From the human T2T-CHM13v2.0 reference genome, Homo sapiens, in the NCBI RefSeq assembly GCF_009914755.1, contig NC_060927.1: a DNA stretch of 64,000 bases; one strand, given 5' to 3'. Positions 15,850 to 31,087 of this stretch are shown here, piece after piece. The notes beneath the pieces are model-generated. The model was not told the DNA's origin. It saw nothing but the letters and a program-made list of their open reading frames with translations, and searched no databases. The translations under genes and the position numbers were made by a program. The first letter of the stretch is position 1. Each line of letters starts with the position of its first letter.

Positions 15850-16130
15850 GTTTTTTCCATGGCTGTGACCATATTGTGGAAAATGCTGTATTCCATTTTT
15901 TTTTCATTTAACATCATAACAATATTCAAATGCCGTTAAAAACTTTCATCAACATCATAATTTAATTAACAATTCCTTACTGTTAGATATTTATATTTTT
16001 CTTTATTCATTACAAATAATGCTTCAACAAACATCCATAAGCATAAGCTTTTCTCAATGTTTTGAGTTATTTCTTTAGGCTAGAGCCCCAGAATCAGTAC
16101 CACTGGGTCAAAGAGCATGAATGTTTTATC
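15850..16130 (-). mobile_element. Old L1M fragment
   Basis: ATTACAAATAATGCTTCAACAAACATCC...CTGGGTCAAAG resembles antisense L1 3' sequence. Confidence 0.5.
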
Positions 16131-17110
16131 ATTTGCTTATTTTTTTTAGAGTGAAAAAAGTACGGCCTTATTACTTGTAAGTCATTATATATGGATTTTT
16201 AAATTATTATTTGTACATAAGAACAATTTTAATGATATTTGCACTATCAAATTATCTTTAATTGGCCAACCAATTTTTATGACACACTGACATGTTTGGA
16301 TTATATCAGTCCATAAGGTAAAGATTCCAAAATGGCAATGACCAAGGTCTACCATAGGCACCTTGGTTAGAAAGTATCACTCTGCATAGTACTGACTTGT
16401 AGATGAATAGCTGGATATTGGAAGGAAGATTTGATTCATGAAGGTTAATGGGCTGGGGAAAGCAATGGGTCCAATTAGCAAATGGATTGTTCTTGGACCT
16501 TCTGCTAGTCTCAAAAGGATAAGCTTATGGTTCCCATGGCCCATGGCAGAAAACACAGAACAAATAACCAGGTTAAACACTGAAGTTCAAAAGTTGGCCA
16601 GTAATGGTTGTCAAGGGCTGTGTCCAGGAAATCCCGCCAGACAGGCACTGTTTGCAAATGGCTGGGAAATATGGTCTGTTGCCATCAAAAACAGATGAAA
16701 AGCAGGATTTGGTTAAAAGAGTAAGTCTTTGCGCAAGCAAAACCTTTCCAAAATAAAGAAACAGTGTATAGCTGTTGCCAACTGACCTTGACTGAAAAGA
16801 GGGGCCAGTCCTGTACCAATGCTCATTATAACCAGTCTCAAACTACTTAAATGGTGTTGAGTGGAAATAAGACTTAATCAAGTGAAGAACCTGCCAGCTT
16901 TGACAGTGGTAATATCCCAAACTAAAATCCTCAAGAGTATCATTAAATCAAAAATTTTTTAAACTTAAAAGTAAAATACACCAAGGCAATAATATCTACT
17001 TTAGTATTAAGAGAAACTACAATAATATGAAGGAGGATCCATTAAGTTACATGTTCAAAAACATCAAAATTCCAAGAGTTTGAGACATCTTTAAATAGCG
17101 ACAAGGTATA

Positions 17111-17444
17111 TAATGGGCCCTTCATCTTCACCTGTTTCACATCCTGGGATTCAACCAACATTGGCCTGAAAATATTCAAAATAAATAATGATAGTACAAC
17201 AATTTGTAAAAATGAATACAAATAAAAAACAATACAATGATACAGTATAACAACTATTTACATTGCATTTACATTTTATCAGGTATTATAAGTAAATCTA
17301 GAGATGATTTAAAGTATAAGAGAGGATGTGTATAGGCTTTATGCAAATATGATGACATTGTCTATAAAGGACTTGAGCGTCGTCAAATTTTTGTATCTTC
17401 CAGGGTCCTGGAACCAATCCTTTCCGGACACCAAGGGACAACTG
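17111..17444. mobile_element. MER2 (TcMar-Tigger MITE)
   Basis: GGATTCAACCAAC, ACAGTATAACAACTATTTACAT, CTAGAGATGATTTAAAGTATA; ends AAGGGACAACTG followed by TA. Confidence 0.85.
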
Positions 17445-17974
17445 TATATCACACAGTGTAATCAAATGGGGCAAGGGCCTATTAATAATAATCTCTTCAA
17501 GTAATGCCATTATTAAGAATCAGTAGCAGTAGCTTTAATTAAGATTCTACCTGTAACACAGTCCCCGATGGGAATATAATTGAGTTAATATATGTAAAGT
17601 GCCTGGTACATAGCAAACACTATGAAGTATTAGTTAAGCTAATAAAGTCACAGGGCCAAAAGGGAAAAGAGGAGCCTGACAGCTTCCTCACCCTGATTCT
17701 TCTCTGTCCCTCCAAGCACCTCAAGCTGGGACCTCAGTCCTCTGTCCTTGACACTCACTCCACTCACCTGAAGGGGAAGAATAAAATAAAATTGATAATA
17801 AGCATTAGTTGTACCTCATGGGCCTGGCACCTTCCTTTATACATTAGTGGAAATAAAGCACCTTCCTCAAGGCAATAGCCACCCTGGGGTACCCATTTGA
17901 TACATTAAATGAAATCCAAATAAAGTCTTTCCATGAGTCATAAAATTTCCTATTTAAAATTCACATTATCAACT

Positions 17975-18315
17975 GCTTGACCAATAGAATATGGTAAATA
18001 TGATGTACCAGTTTCCGGCACCAACTCATGGCTCCTACTTTCTGTTTCATGGAATGCTCACTCTTGGAACCCAGCCACCATGCCATAAGGAAGCTCATGC
18101 ATTTTGTAGAGAGACCCACTTGGAAAGAAAATGTTGCCTGGCTGACAGTCAACACCAACTTGCTAGTCATGTGGGTGAGCCCCCTTGAAAATTAATCCCT
18201 TGTCCCCCAGTCAAGCCACTCCAAATGACACTGCATGAAACAGAGAGAAGCTGTCCCTGTCAAGCAAGCTCTGTTTAAATTTGTGACCAAAATTAATGAC
18301 TATTTTAACCACCCT
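17975..18315 (+). mobile_element. MaLR LTR (MLT1F/G/H-like)
   Basis: TTGACCAATAGAATATGG and CTCTTGGAACCCAGCCACCATGCC motifs. Confidence 0.7.
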
Positions 18316-18334
18316 CCCAAGTACATTATCTTAG

Positions 18335-18803
<469 letters not shown>

Positions 18804-19822
18804 TGAAACTACAAGGTCAATCCCCTTGGGAACTTCCTAATACTTCTCTAAAAACCAACCTAAAAAACCCAAAACTAATACATCCTCCAATTCTTCAACA
18901 TGTAAAGTCCTTGTAAACAAAGCTACAATGACCCAGAATATGAAAAAAATTATTTTTTTTTTTACTTTTTAAAATATTATATAATTCTATTCTTTGGCTA
19001 CCTTTTAAGGATCCTCCGGTCTACTTGAGAAATAAAACGTGCAGGTTTAAAACACCCAACCGACAATGCTAAAGGCAGTACAGCAAGTAAGCAAGCCATG
19101 TAATCATATGGTACAGAGGGAGTGGCTGCCTCAGAACGGAAGAAATTCAACTTGAGCAAAATGTGAGAGATGGGTACATTATGCTTGAAGTTACATTTAC
19201 CCACAGAGATTTTGCCACACTAGTGGTTGTGGAAAGTCTTATTTCTATCAGATTTTAAACTCCTTTTGAGCCTGGACTACATCTAATTTTCACATTTACC
19301 ATTAACAACCACAAACCAGGTCCTACTAGAAAAACTACCAATATGCATTTGCAGACACTCAAATAATGCTGGGGGAAAATGAGGAAACAATAAATTTTCC
19401 CCCACAGGAGAAAAATGTATCTACGTAGGGCTAAGAGGAAATGTTAAGAAAACCAAAGGCAAAGTTCAGGTAGAATTTTCCGTCTGCAGAGTCATGATAT
19501 AAGAGGATATTTTAATATCCTTTATATTCTTGAATGAGCATTCACATGTATTTTTGCTAGCAACTATTTTGGAATGAGCTGATGATTTGGATTAAAGAAT
19601 AAGCAAAGCTATGTGAACAAAGGCAACCCAAGATGGGAAGGCGTTATTGGCAGCAGCGTTCTTTTCACTCTGGACCCTGAGCAACCCTGAAATTCCAGCA
19701 GTCACAGGGTCCTAAATACTTGGGGACATTCCGACTCAGTCTCACAGACTGAAAGGTAGAGAGCACAGATCTCAACAGGAACTGAAACTCTAGTGTTGAT
19801 CATTGCCCTGACACAACTTTAA

Positions 19823-20200
<378 letters not shown>

Positions 20201-22289
20201 AGAAAAGCCTAATTTTAAAGCCAAAGATAAATAAATAAATAAATAAATAAATAACCAGGCTTCTTTCTACTCTAGGTTTCAACTGTAGAAATCTATTTGC
20301 AAACTTCAAAAACTATTAACTTTGGGCAAGAATTTTTAAGATCTGATAAGAGGAGACTCTAAAGTTAATAATGTCTTGCTTTGAGGAACAAGGGTCTCCA
20401 CCCACCCTGGGCTCATAAACTGCCCCCCTCACTACCACTCTCTGGCTTCCCACCAAGTCCTCAAGAAATGATTTACTAAGTTCAATCAAGGAACCAGATT
20501 CTATGAAATAATAAAAGGAAAATGGAGTTCATGACTGAAATCAAGCTGGGCAGAGACATAAAGGGTCTTTGTTAATAACTGTACAAGGGAATGCAAATGA
20601 AGACAGGCTTCACAAGGAATTTTGACATCTTAATGAAGATTTATGAAGAATTTGCAGCATATTAACCTCAAATACAAGGGGAATTACATAGTCACATAAA
20701 AACACTGCTTTATGATTTCTTTAGCTTAAAAACAATTCAAAAGACAGTTTCTTCATGATAATGCTAATAATTTAGTTACAAAGGTTCCCCACCCCCCCCT
20801 TGTACTCCACTCTAATTACATTCTCCATCCCCCATTACATTTCTTTCTTTGGTTAACTCTGAAGTGATACAGCTCATTGGCATGCCCTAAAGCTGTGAAC
20901 TGCCCCACTGATGAAATCATGACAGTGATTAAATTTCTCTATTCCACACAGAAAGTTTTGTGTTACACAGTTTTCTTTGTTCATGTCCTTAGTAACGCAG
21001 AAAATCAACTGACATTTTCTCCTAATAATGAGGGGAATATAAGATAATGTCAATGAAAAAAAAATCCTCTACTGGTGCTACATAAGTGGCATACCAAAAA
21101 AAAAAAAAAAAAAAAAGCATGTGAAGCTGTACAGATCTCAGTCAAGAACACATTGGCCACATCTAAGGTCAGTGATAGTATTTTGCCACGGTCATAGATT
21201 TTATGTTGTATTCATGATACATACAGATAATTAGAAAGACTGAGTTCATTAAATATATTCAAAACACAGAAACTTTTTAAACTCCATAAATAGTAGTAAT
21301 ACTATAAGTAGTAGTACATGAAAAATAGTTTCATATTACATAATATGCAAAGCATTTTTGCTTTTGATTCTCTTAATATTTATTTCATGCTCCAACCCTG
21401 TAAGATAAGTATTATCCCAACTTTATAGGCTAAGGACCTGAGACCTAGAAGTTAAATAACTGGCTTAAAATCACACTGCCAACACTGCCAGACAATGGCT
21501 GAGGCCTCATTCCCTGTGACAGGGCCACCCCCTCACAGCTCACTGCATGCACACCCCACCACATCCCGGGAAGGAGCTTGCACAGGACTTTAAGGGCACA
21601 TGACTTGGCTTCCATCTCTACTCATCATCCAGAGATGCTCCTTAGCTAAAAGAGAAGTTAATCTCAGGAAATCAATGCTAGCAGGGCCAGGTTTTACTCT
21701 TAGGGTTCTATCTCAAATTTTAGCTACAATTTAGAAAATGCAGGAAGTGAAGGAAGGAGGTCAAAGAAAGAGCCCTGGGACTTCCAGGAGGGCCAGGTGC
21801 TCCTTGTGTCACAGTTGCTGCTACAAGGGCTGCCTTAATCCCTAGTCCCCTAGCCCAGCCCCATTCCTCCCAGCCCACATGCTGACCAGCTGCTCAGTGT
21901 TTCTCTGTAGGGTATGTGAGGGGCAGATGCAGGCCAGCCCAAGGCTGCTGGCCTTCCGTGTGCTGCCCTTCCTGCTGAAGCGGTACTGGCCCTTCTTCAC
22001 ACCCTCCCAGTCTGCTCAGATCAGACACACTGGCAGGCCAGAAGGCAGGTGGGAGGACAGGTGCCAGGAAAAACCAGGCATAGAGAAAGGCCCACACAGA
22101 AGCTGAAGCCATACGTTCTGCATTCTTACCCATGGAGCAAAGGAGGGAAATGTCAATGGAAGGCTTGAGGTGCTGAGGTTCATGGTCACCTTATCCCTTG
22201 GATTTCAGGGTAGTGAGATTCATGGATAGGCTTCCAAGCCTGTGCACTGAAGGAGGGAAGGGTCACTAATTGAGAAAACAAGTAATTTA

Positions 22290-22935
22290 GACAGAAGGAG
22301 CAGCACTAAAGGTCCAGAGGCCGGAGACAGCACAATACACAGGAGAAACTGTAAGATCATCAATATGGTTGGAGAGTGGAGACCTGGTCACAGGGCCTCT
22401 CATAAGCTAAGGCATTTGAACTTTATCCTAAATGCCAAACGAGGAGCTTCAAAGCACATGCATAATTAAGACATCTGTCTTTTTAGAAAATCACTTTGGC
22501 CACAGCATGAGAGTGGATCAGAGGAGAGTAAGACCAGCTACCAGGTAGGAGACCAGTTAGAAGACTATTGCAGGAGCACAAGCAAAGGATGACCTTTCTA
22601 GTGTAGTGACCTACACTAGAAAACATAGACAAGGGAGCAGGTTATGGAGGAAATGTATGAGGCGGGACTGAGAGAACTTGGAGGACTGGATGTGATAGGT
22701 GAGGAAGAAATAATGGGTGAGGCAGTAATTTGAGCAATGTGGTTACTGAGTTCCATAACAACGGAGAAGGAGCAAGTTCGAGAGTGAGATAATGAATTTG
22801 CTTTGGACATGTTGCCTTTGAGGTGACTGTGGCGCATGCAAGTAGACGTGTTTAATGGGCAAAAGAATAGGGTATCCAGCACTCAAAAGAAAGATTTGTG
22901 CTAGAGATTTAGACTAGGGACTTATCACCATACAG
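22290..22935 (-). mobile_element. L2 LINE fragment
   Basis: TTTGAACTTTATCCT, TTTTAGAAAATCACTTTGGC, GGAGACCAGTTAGAAGACTATTGCAG and TTTGGACATGTTG are typical of antisense L2. Confidence 0.7.
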
Positions 22936-23146
22936 TTGCTGAAACATTTTCTCTAGTTACTAAAATGTGGTCCCGAGTTACAGACTCCCTCAAGCCCCAG
23001 CCACCCCATGAAGCTGCTTTCTTACCACTAGTTAACATTCTGAAGTCCTCTCCTGAATCTAATATCCTGTCCAATACCACTGAGATACTGGAGAAACAAG
23101 AGAACACAGCTATAAAGACAAACAGGTACTGTCACAGGTGGCATAC

Positions 23147-23494
23147 TGCTATGGTGTGAATGTCTGTGTCCCCACCAAATTCATATGTTGAAATATAACC
23201 TCCCAACATGGGGCCTTTGGAAGGTAGTTAGATCATGGGGGCAGAGCCCACATGGAATGGGATTAAGGCCCTCATGAAAGAGGCCAGAGAGAGCTTGTTT
23301 ATCCCTTCTACCATATGATGACTCGGGTAGAAGGCATGATCTATGAGGAATAGGCCCTCATAAGACACCACATCTGCTGGTGTCTTGATCTTGTACTTCC
23401 TAGCTACCAGAACTGTGAGAAATAAATGTTTGTTGTTTCCTGAGCCACCTAGTTTATGGTATTTTTGTTATAGTAGCCTGGACAGACTGAGAAA
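23147..23494 (+). mobile_element. MLT1A-type MaLR solo LTR
   Basis: TGCTATGG...AAATTCATATGTTGAAA...AGAACTGTGAGAAATAAATG; 5-bp TSD CATAC at 23142-23146 and 23495-23499. Confidence 0.9.
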
Positions 23495-23859
23495 CATACT
23501 AATTATTTCATGCATATGTATTTTCCTGTCCCATTCCGCTTTAAGCGTTTCAGGTCAAAAATGTGTCTGCTATATGCCCTGGGTTTCTCTAAGGCAGTCT
23601 TGGTTTCAAACATTCTGGCCCTATGCATTCTTTTATCATTAAAATTTCTAAGAAATCCCAGCATTTCCTCAAATAGTAACTGACCAAATCTAGTCAGTAA
23701 ACATTATAATATATAGGTCATGAAACACTGAGGTCTACAAAAGATACACAAAACTATGGGGTGAGGAAACATCAGTATTTCTCACTAAATTACACGAATA
23801 ATAGCTTATATTGATATAGCTTCTTTTGTGAGGGGTGGGTAAAATACCACTTATAGGCT

Positions 23860-24195
23860 CATTCAAACCAAGTGCTGAGAATAGAGTGATGGGCAATACA
23901 CACTCCGCCTTCATCCAGCTTCTTGTCAGATAATGACATAAACAATTACAGTTGCTCAGAAGAAGTAAGGATGCTAACAGGGGAAACTTCAGTCCACATA
24001 AAACTCAGGGAAAGCTTCCATAAAGAGAAGACCTTTCAAGTTGAGACTTACCAGGAATTAACTAGATGATAAAGGCAGAGAAGGAAGAGATTCCAAAGGG
24101 CGGCAAATGTGTGTGTGAAAGACCTGAAGTCAGATTTAACTTTATTCAAAAAGAACTGCGAGGCATCCACTCTGACTAGAAGCAGAGCAAAGCCG
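23860..24195 (-). mobile_element. L2 LINE fragment
   Basis: AAGTGCTGAGAATAGAGTGATG, TCAGGGAAAGCTTCC and AAAGACCTGAAG resemble the L2 3' region. Confidence 0.5.
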
Positions 24196-24560
24196 GGGTG
24201 GCCTGGAGGGGAGTGATACACAGTGAATGCTTTCGCTATTGTTGGACTATTGGTTACGGTTATAATACTACTATTACAATGGTATTTTTTTATTTGTAAA
24301 GCCCAAAAATGCCACCCTCATAAAAGCAGACAAAACTCATGATATCAAGGCAAAGCCATGACGCAGTTTTAACAGATATTACTATTTTCAGTTGCTTTTA
24401 CTTTTTGAAATATTCATCTTTTTTAGTATTCATTGAATAAATGCATGTGAAATCTTTTTTTATGAGGAGAAATGTGTAACATAAATATAAATCCACTAAT
24501 GCTGCTTAGAAGACTGATAACACGGGTTAACTTCAGTGACCTTTGAGAATTTGACATAGT

Positions 24561-24855
24561 TCTTTTCTTTTTTTGAGACAGAGTTTCACTCTGTTGCCCA
24601 GGTTGGAGTGCAGTAGCGTGATATTGGCTCACTGCAACCTCCACCTCCTGGATTCACGCCATTCTCCTGCCTCAGCCTCCTGAGTAGCTGGGACTACAGG
24701 CACACGCCGCAATGCCCGGGTAAATTTTTGTATTTTTAGTAGAGACAGGGTTTCACCATGTTAGCCAGGATGGTCTCGATCTCCTCACCTCGTGATCCGC
24801 CCGCCTCGGCCTCCCAAAGTGCTGGGATTACAGGTGTGAGCCACTGCACCCAGCC
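24561..24855 (-). mobile_element. Alu (AluY/Sc8-like)
   Basis: TTCACGCCATTC and CAGGATGGTCTCGATC; TSD TTGAC(A/G)TAGT. Confidence 0.95.
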
Positions 24856-25197
24856 TTGACGTAGTGATTTTCTAAAGAACTTACTGAATTGATCTTCCCT
24901 AAAGTTTTAAATTGATTGAAGTACTTTCCAAATTAACTAATATAACTAAAACGATAGAATTCATTCTTTGTCAGTGAGGAATCAGAGTTCTCTTCAATGA
25001 TTAACAACTTTAGGCGACTGCAAAAGTCAACAAAGACCTGTGTGACTGTAAAATTTCCTCTGGTAATTCAAAAACATTACTCAGAGATTTCCCAAGAGAT
25101 AACTGAAACAAAAAAAGAAAAATAAGTAATGAATAAGTACACCTCCTCTGAAAAGTACGAATAAAACCATCTACCTAGCATCTTCAACAGGAGATTC

Positions 25198-25320
25198 CAT
25201 TAGAATGCAAGTTTCGTGAGGGCAAATAGTTTAGTCTTCAAGGCCTAAGCCAGTGCCTTGAAGTACATGGTAGGTACTCAAGAACTATTTGTTACATGAA
25301 TGAATAAATAAATGAATAAC
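25198..25320 (+). mobile_element. L2 3' end
   Basis: TAGAATGCAAGTTTCGTGAGGGCA...GTAGGTACTCAA...TGAATGAATAAAT. Confidence 0.65.
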
Positions 25321-25600
25321 TAAAGTAACTGCAAAAATCAATATCTGATATTGTTGAATTCTGAGTATAATTATTCATATACATTTATTATTTTTAATAA
25401 AAATAGTGTAAATGCCTAATTGCCCATTATATTGTTTTTATAACTTCAAGAAAGACTGCACAAAATAGAAAAAAAATTTATTTAGAATACTAATATGTAC
25501 ATTTTTGTATTGTAACTACCCTACCATCTGTTTCACACACATGCACACACACAAATGTGCACACACACACAACCACCATCACCAGAGCCTGCACAGTTAG

Positions 25601-25934
<334 letters not shown>

Positions 25935-26016
25935 TAATTTTTTAAAAGGTAAATTGCAATAATTATCAGAAGAAGAACCAAAACACAAGTGATAAAGGGT
26001 CTAAAACGTTAAGATC

Positions 26017-26340
26017 AGTCAAGTGGCTCACGCGCTATAATCTCAGCACTTTGGGAGGCCAAAGCAGGAGGACTGCTTGAGCCCAGGAGTTTGAGACCAG
26101 CCTGGGCAACATGGCAAAACCCTGTCTTTACAAAAGAAAAAAAATAGAAATAATACAAAAATTAGTGAGCTGTGGTGGCATGTGCCTGTAGTCCCAGCCA
26201 CTCAGGAGGCTGAGGTGGGAAGATTGCTGGAGCCTTGGAGGTAGAGGTAGCAGTGAGCCCTGATCACACCATTGCCCTCCTGCCTGGGTAGCAAAGTGAG
26301 ACCTTGTCTCAAAAAAAACCTAATTAATTAATTAAAATAA
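26017..26340 (+). mobile_element. Alu (AluJ-like)
   Basis: GCTTGAGCCCAGGAGTT diagnostic; TAAAA(C/T)GTTAAG duplicated on both flanks. Confidence 0.93.
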
Positions 26341-26618
26341 AATGTTAAGCTCTACACGAAGCCCTAGAAGTCATCTAGTCCAACTTCATCATGTACCAGA
26401 TGGGCAGCCAAGGTCCAAAGTGCCATTCAGCTTTACACTAACAGGGCAGGGACAAGAACACTGGACTCCTCAAAGCCATCCAACTCCACCAGGAAATTTT
26501 CTTCACAAGTTTGGGTTAGCTAATCATAATCGGATTACCTACTAAAAGGTACAGAATGTGTAATGTGTTATCCACTACACCTCCCCACCTAAGAAATTAT
26601 TGCGCTAGTTCACCAGGA

Positions 26619-26942
26619 TAGGGTCAGCAAACTATGCCCTGCACCCAAATCCTACCCACTACCTGTTTTTGTACAACAGGGAATCTAAGAATGGTTTTTA
26701 CATTTTTAAATAATTGTAACAAATTAAAATAATACTATTTTGTGACATATGAAAATTCAAATTTTTGTGTCCATAAATACAGTTGTATTGGAACACAGCT
26801 ACTCTCATTTGTTTCTAAAACTGTCTATGGCTGCTCTCATACCACAACAGCAGAGCTGAAAATTTACAACAGGGACTTTATGGCCCATGAAGTCTAAACT
26901 ATTTACCTCTAGCCCTTTACAGAAAATGTTTCTCGACCTTTG
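26619..26942. mobile_element. MER58B (hAT-Charlie MITE)
   Basis: AGGGTCAGCAAACT...CTAAGAATGGTTTTTACATTTTTAAA...CCCTTTACAGAAAA; 8-bp TSD CACCAGGA/CACTAGGA. Confidence 0.88.
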
Positions 26943-28056
26943 CACTAGGAGATAGCTAATGTGGCTTTAGTAAGTTTCACCTTCAAAAGAGCCAGGGTTG
27001 TCCCCACCAACTTGCAGTCACTCACATGCTATTTCCTCTTCTTTGATTACTGAAACTCCACAGCAAACTATTGTTTTTACCAGTCACCCAGAAAACGAAG
27101 ATAAACGTTTCCACAGAGGAAATAATAACCTTCCTTTTCCAAGGTCCTCCTCTGCCTCACGTCCAGTGAAATTAAAAGCAATTCTTCATTCACAGGGGTT
27201 CTGTGTCATTTTCCCCAACAGAATTCAGAGGACAACATTAATTCACTTTTACAATGAAGGGCTCAGGCAGAAGAAAAGTAGCTAGTAGTGAGTTTATCCT
27301 AAGAAAAAAAGGAATGTTTAACATTTTCTGGAACGGAAAGCATTTTTGTTTTCCCTTGAGATGCTATTCTTTCTAACATCAAATGCAAACTGCCATTATA
27401 TACTATACATCTTCTAAAAATTGAAAATCATAATATCCATACTTAAATTTTCAACTTTCCAGTTTTCCAATTACAAGCAAAGTACCAAATTCATACCTGC
27501 TCAGTGTTGCAAAATGATTTTAAAATGTAATGATGTTTTTGTTTGATTTTGTTTCATAGTATTTTCCTCTACCAATGTACAAAACACTCCCTTGTAACAA
27601 ATAAACTAAGAAAATCGCATTCCCAGGGCCTTGGGAAATAACTTTAAGGGTGTCTCTGTTCACTTACATCATGAACCCAGCTCTTATGCTCCTAAAGTTA
27701 CAAATGGCCACTCTTCGTTTTAATAGCAGATTTAAAGAAACCTAATGTTAGTTCAACACGGGTAAACAGTCTCTCACACAGTATAAATAAAGAATTCTTT
27801 GAGTTGTAAATAGTAGTTGCTCAAAGAAGTGGAAGGGTGGCTGAGGAAGACAGAGAAAAGATGCCTTCTCTCCTCTCTTTCTAGCAGGGCAGGCCAGGGA
27901 AAGGAGGCAGGACGCCAGAAGGCTGGAAGAGCTCAGCCATCCAGAAGGACAGCAGGGTTGCCAACTTCTGAAAGCAGCCACCATTCATTCACTGTTCACT
28001 CATTTGTCAAACATCAACTGAACACTCTCCTATTTATACAACATCCGGGGGACTCA

Positions 28057-28414
<358 letters not shown>

Positions 28415-28517
28415 GTTTTTAAAAACTTTTTTTTTAAAAAGAAGGCCACTAACATGCAGGTTAAGGCAAAATGTACGCAGAACCAAGAAAGCTGCGTAGC
28501 AAGACAATGACCCATGC

Positions 28518-28734
28518 CAGGGGTCAGCTAACTACAGCCTGCAGGCCAAGTCTAGCTGGCAGCTTGTTTCTGTGAATAAAGTTTTATTGGAATATGGCCA
28601 CACTCACTTATCTATGTATTGTCTACAGATGCTTTCACATTACAATGGCACAGTTGAGTGGAAGCAACAGAGACCATGTGTCTGGCAAAGCCAAAAAACA
28701 ATCTGGACTCTTTCAGAAAGTTTGCCTATCCCTG
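28518..28734. mobile_element. MER58A (hAT-Charlie MITE)
   Basis: CAGGGGTCAGCTAACT...AATAAAGTTTTATTGGAA...AGTTTGCCTATCCCTG terminal inverted repeats. Confidence 0.88.
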
Positions 28735-30789
28735 ACATAGGCCAGAGAGGGATCAATCCAACTGGAGTAATCAGAGAAGACTATATGAAAGAACTGACAT
28801 TTGATCTAAGTTTTGATTACTCAACGTTTCAAAAGGCAGAAATGGGAAAATCATATTGTGAGGGGCAGAATGGCCAAGGCGAGATGAGTCTGAGCAATGA
28901 AAGGACTGAATTTGAATGGGGTACAGGATATGAGGTGGGGAGTTGTGGCAAAGTGGCTAATGATACCTACCCAGACTACATGGTTTAACAGTTAATAACA
29001 TAGCTCCAGAGTGTTTGCTAGCTTACTGGAAATGTCATTCCCCTTTTCTCTAGCTTCCTTCACATTTATGGCTAATTCCATAGCTCACAAATATGTTTGT
29101 TCACTGATTGATTACTGTGATCAATCAAAAGTTTGCATGTCAGTTTAATTTCAAAAACACTTCTATTTACATTATTGCCTAGACTTACATTTAATCCTCA
29201 ATCACATCAGACATTACTATTCCTACTTGACAAATGATAAAAACTGGGCAACTCACCTCATGTCCCATATGGCGTCAGGGGCAAGAGACTGGCTTAGAAC
29301 CCTGGATTCTCCAACCCATCTCATGACCCACCTTAGGAAGACACTCATATTGGAAAGGTTACCACCTGGACTGTATTCTAGACCAGAAATTCTGATAATC
29401 AAACACCAAATAATCAAACAGGAATGCTTTTTTGGGGCATATCCTTGCTATACCTGAACTGTGGCCTGATAGTAGCTCAAAATCCACATCAAAGACCAAG
29501 TTCGAGGTACATTCATTTTATACTTAATGAAATCTGGTCAATTCACATAATTTTGTTACAATGGGCATTGGGTAAACGTTCTCACAGATTAACTTAATCC
29601 ATTATAGGAGGGGAAAAGAAAAAAAAAAAAACTCCACCTACCAGTATATACTTTGGCAGTTGGATCATCATTATTTTGCACTGGAAACCTAGAACCCTTA
29701 AGAGAAAGGTATCATTTGTAATTAATTTTCCTGTCCTTTGTACTTGTAAGTAAACAGGTGGTGTTCGGATGAGTCCCTTAAAAGCCCCTGTTGCCTGCCA
29801 ATTAAGTAATAATATTTTCTTTTCAGGGAAGTGCCATAAAAGAGACTCTAACATCTTGGGTCACTGAGTACTTCCTATGCAGGAGGATATGAGGCTGCAA
29901 CACTGAATTTTTCCACCAGCAGGATATTCAATGTGATGAGTAAATTAGCAATTAGCATGGAAAATAGGAGTTATTCTCAGCATTTGTCATATGAGAGATC
30001 AGAATTCCTGCACTCGTCACGTCTGTATAAATGGTTTCTTTAACCATGAACATCGTCTCCTCTTAACTCCCTCCCCATGTCACTCCACTCACAATCCACC
30101 TACACTGATACCTCAAAACATCTCTTCCTACACAATTTTTAATGTTTTATTCCTTTACCTGCTTGCTTTACACAAGCCTGTCTAGAGTCCTCTACAACTA
30201 AATTATTTCCATCATCGTTAACTTTAGAACACGGTTCCAATGCCAGTCTGAAAACCATTCTGAAATATCCAACAGCTCTTCTTCCAAAGTGCAGGTGGGT
30301 AGGCTGGCAGCAGAGCAGAGATGGCTTTTTATACTTTCAGGATCATAAGGGGAGAGACTACACTCTGCTAGTGTTTTGTCTTCCAGCATCCACCATCTCC
30401 TAGCCTTTCCCAACACCCACCTCTTAAAACCTGGGCAGTCTCAGAAGGCAAGACCAGGAAATGTAAAGGCACAGGACCAGACAGAATCATATATGAAAGC
30501 CTAACACAGCTTAGGGGACTGGCCTAGGAACTATGGCCAATTATCCTCTCTCTTGGCCTAATGAGATTATGTCATGAAGATGAGTACCACTCCCTACCAT
30601 CAGTAATGAGAATGCAGAGGCAAGACCCAGGGACCAAGGAAAGGGTTAAAGACAAGCAGCAAGATGAAGGGTAAAAGCTTGCTGGTTCAGAAACATTATC
30701 TATCTGCCCCTGACATACTCATCTCAATACAGCCAATCTCCACTCCCGGCATCTCTTCTTTGATTTACTAACTTATATTCTTTTGTTAC

Positions 30790-31087
30790 TTTTTTATTTT
30801 TATTTTTGGCAGGGTCTCACTCTGTTGCCCAGGGTGGAGTGCACTGGCACAATCTTGGCTCACTGCAGCCTCGACCCTCCCTGAGTTCAAGTGATCCTCC
30901 CACCTCAGCCTCCCAAATAGTTGAAACTACAGGCACATACCACCATACCCAGCTAATTTTTTAATTTTTTGTAGAAATGAGGTCTCACTGTTGCCCAGGC
31001 TGGTCTCGAAATCTTGGACTCAAGCGACCTGCCTGCCTCCACCTTTCAAAGTGCTGGTATTAGTGGTGTGAGCCACTACACCCAGCT
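30790..31087 (-). mobile_element. Alu (AluJ-like)
   Basis: Alu dimer with CTTTTGTTA duplicated on both flanks. Confidence 0.92.

Noticed and set aside
21879-22133. GC-richer segment with ORFs on both strands and a donor-like TGG|GTAAGA on - near 22129
   Set aside because: No recognisable protein and no convincing acceptor/donor pair enclosing an open frame.
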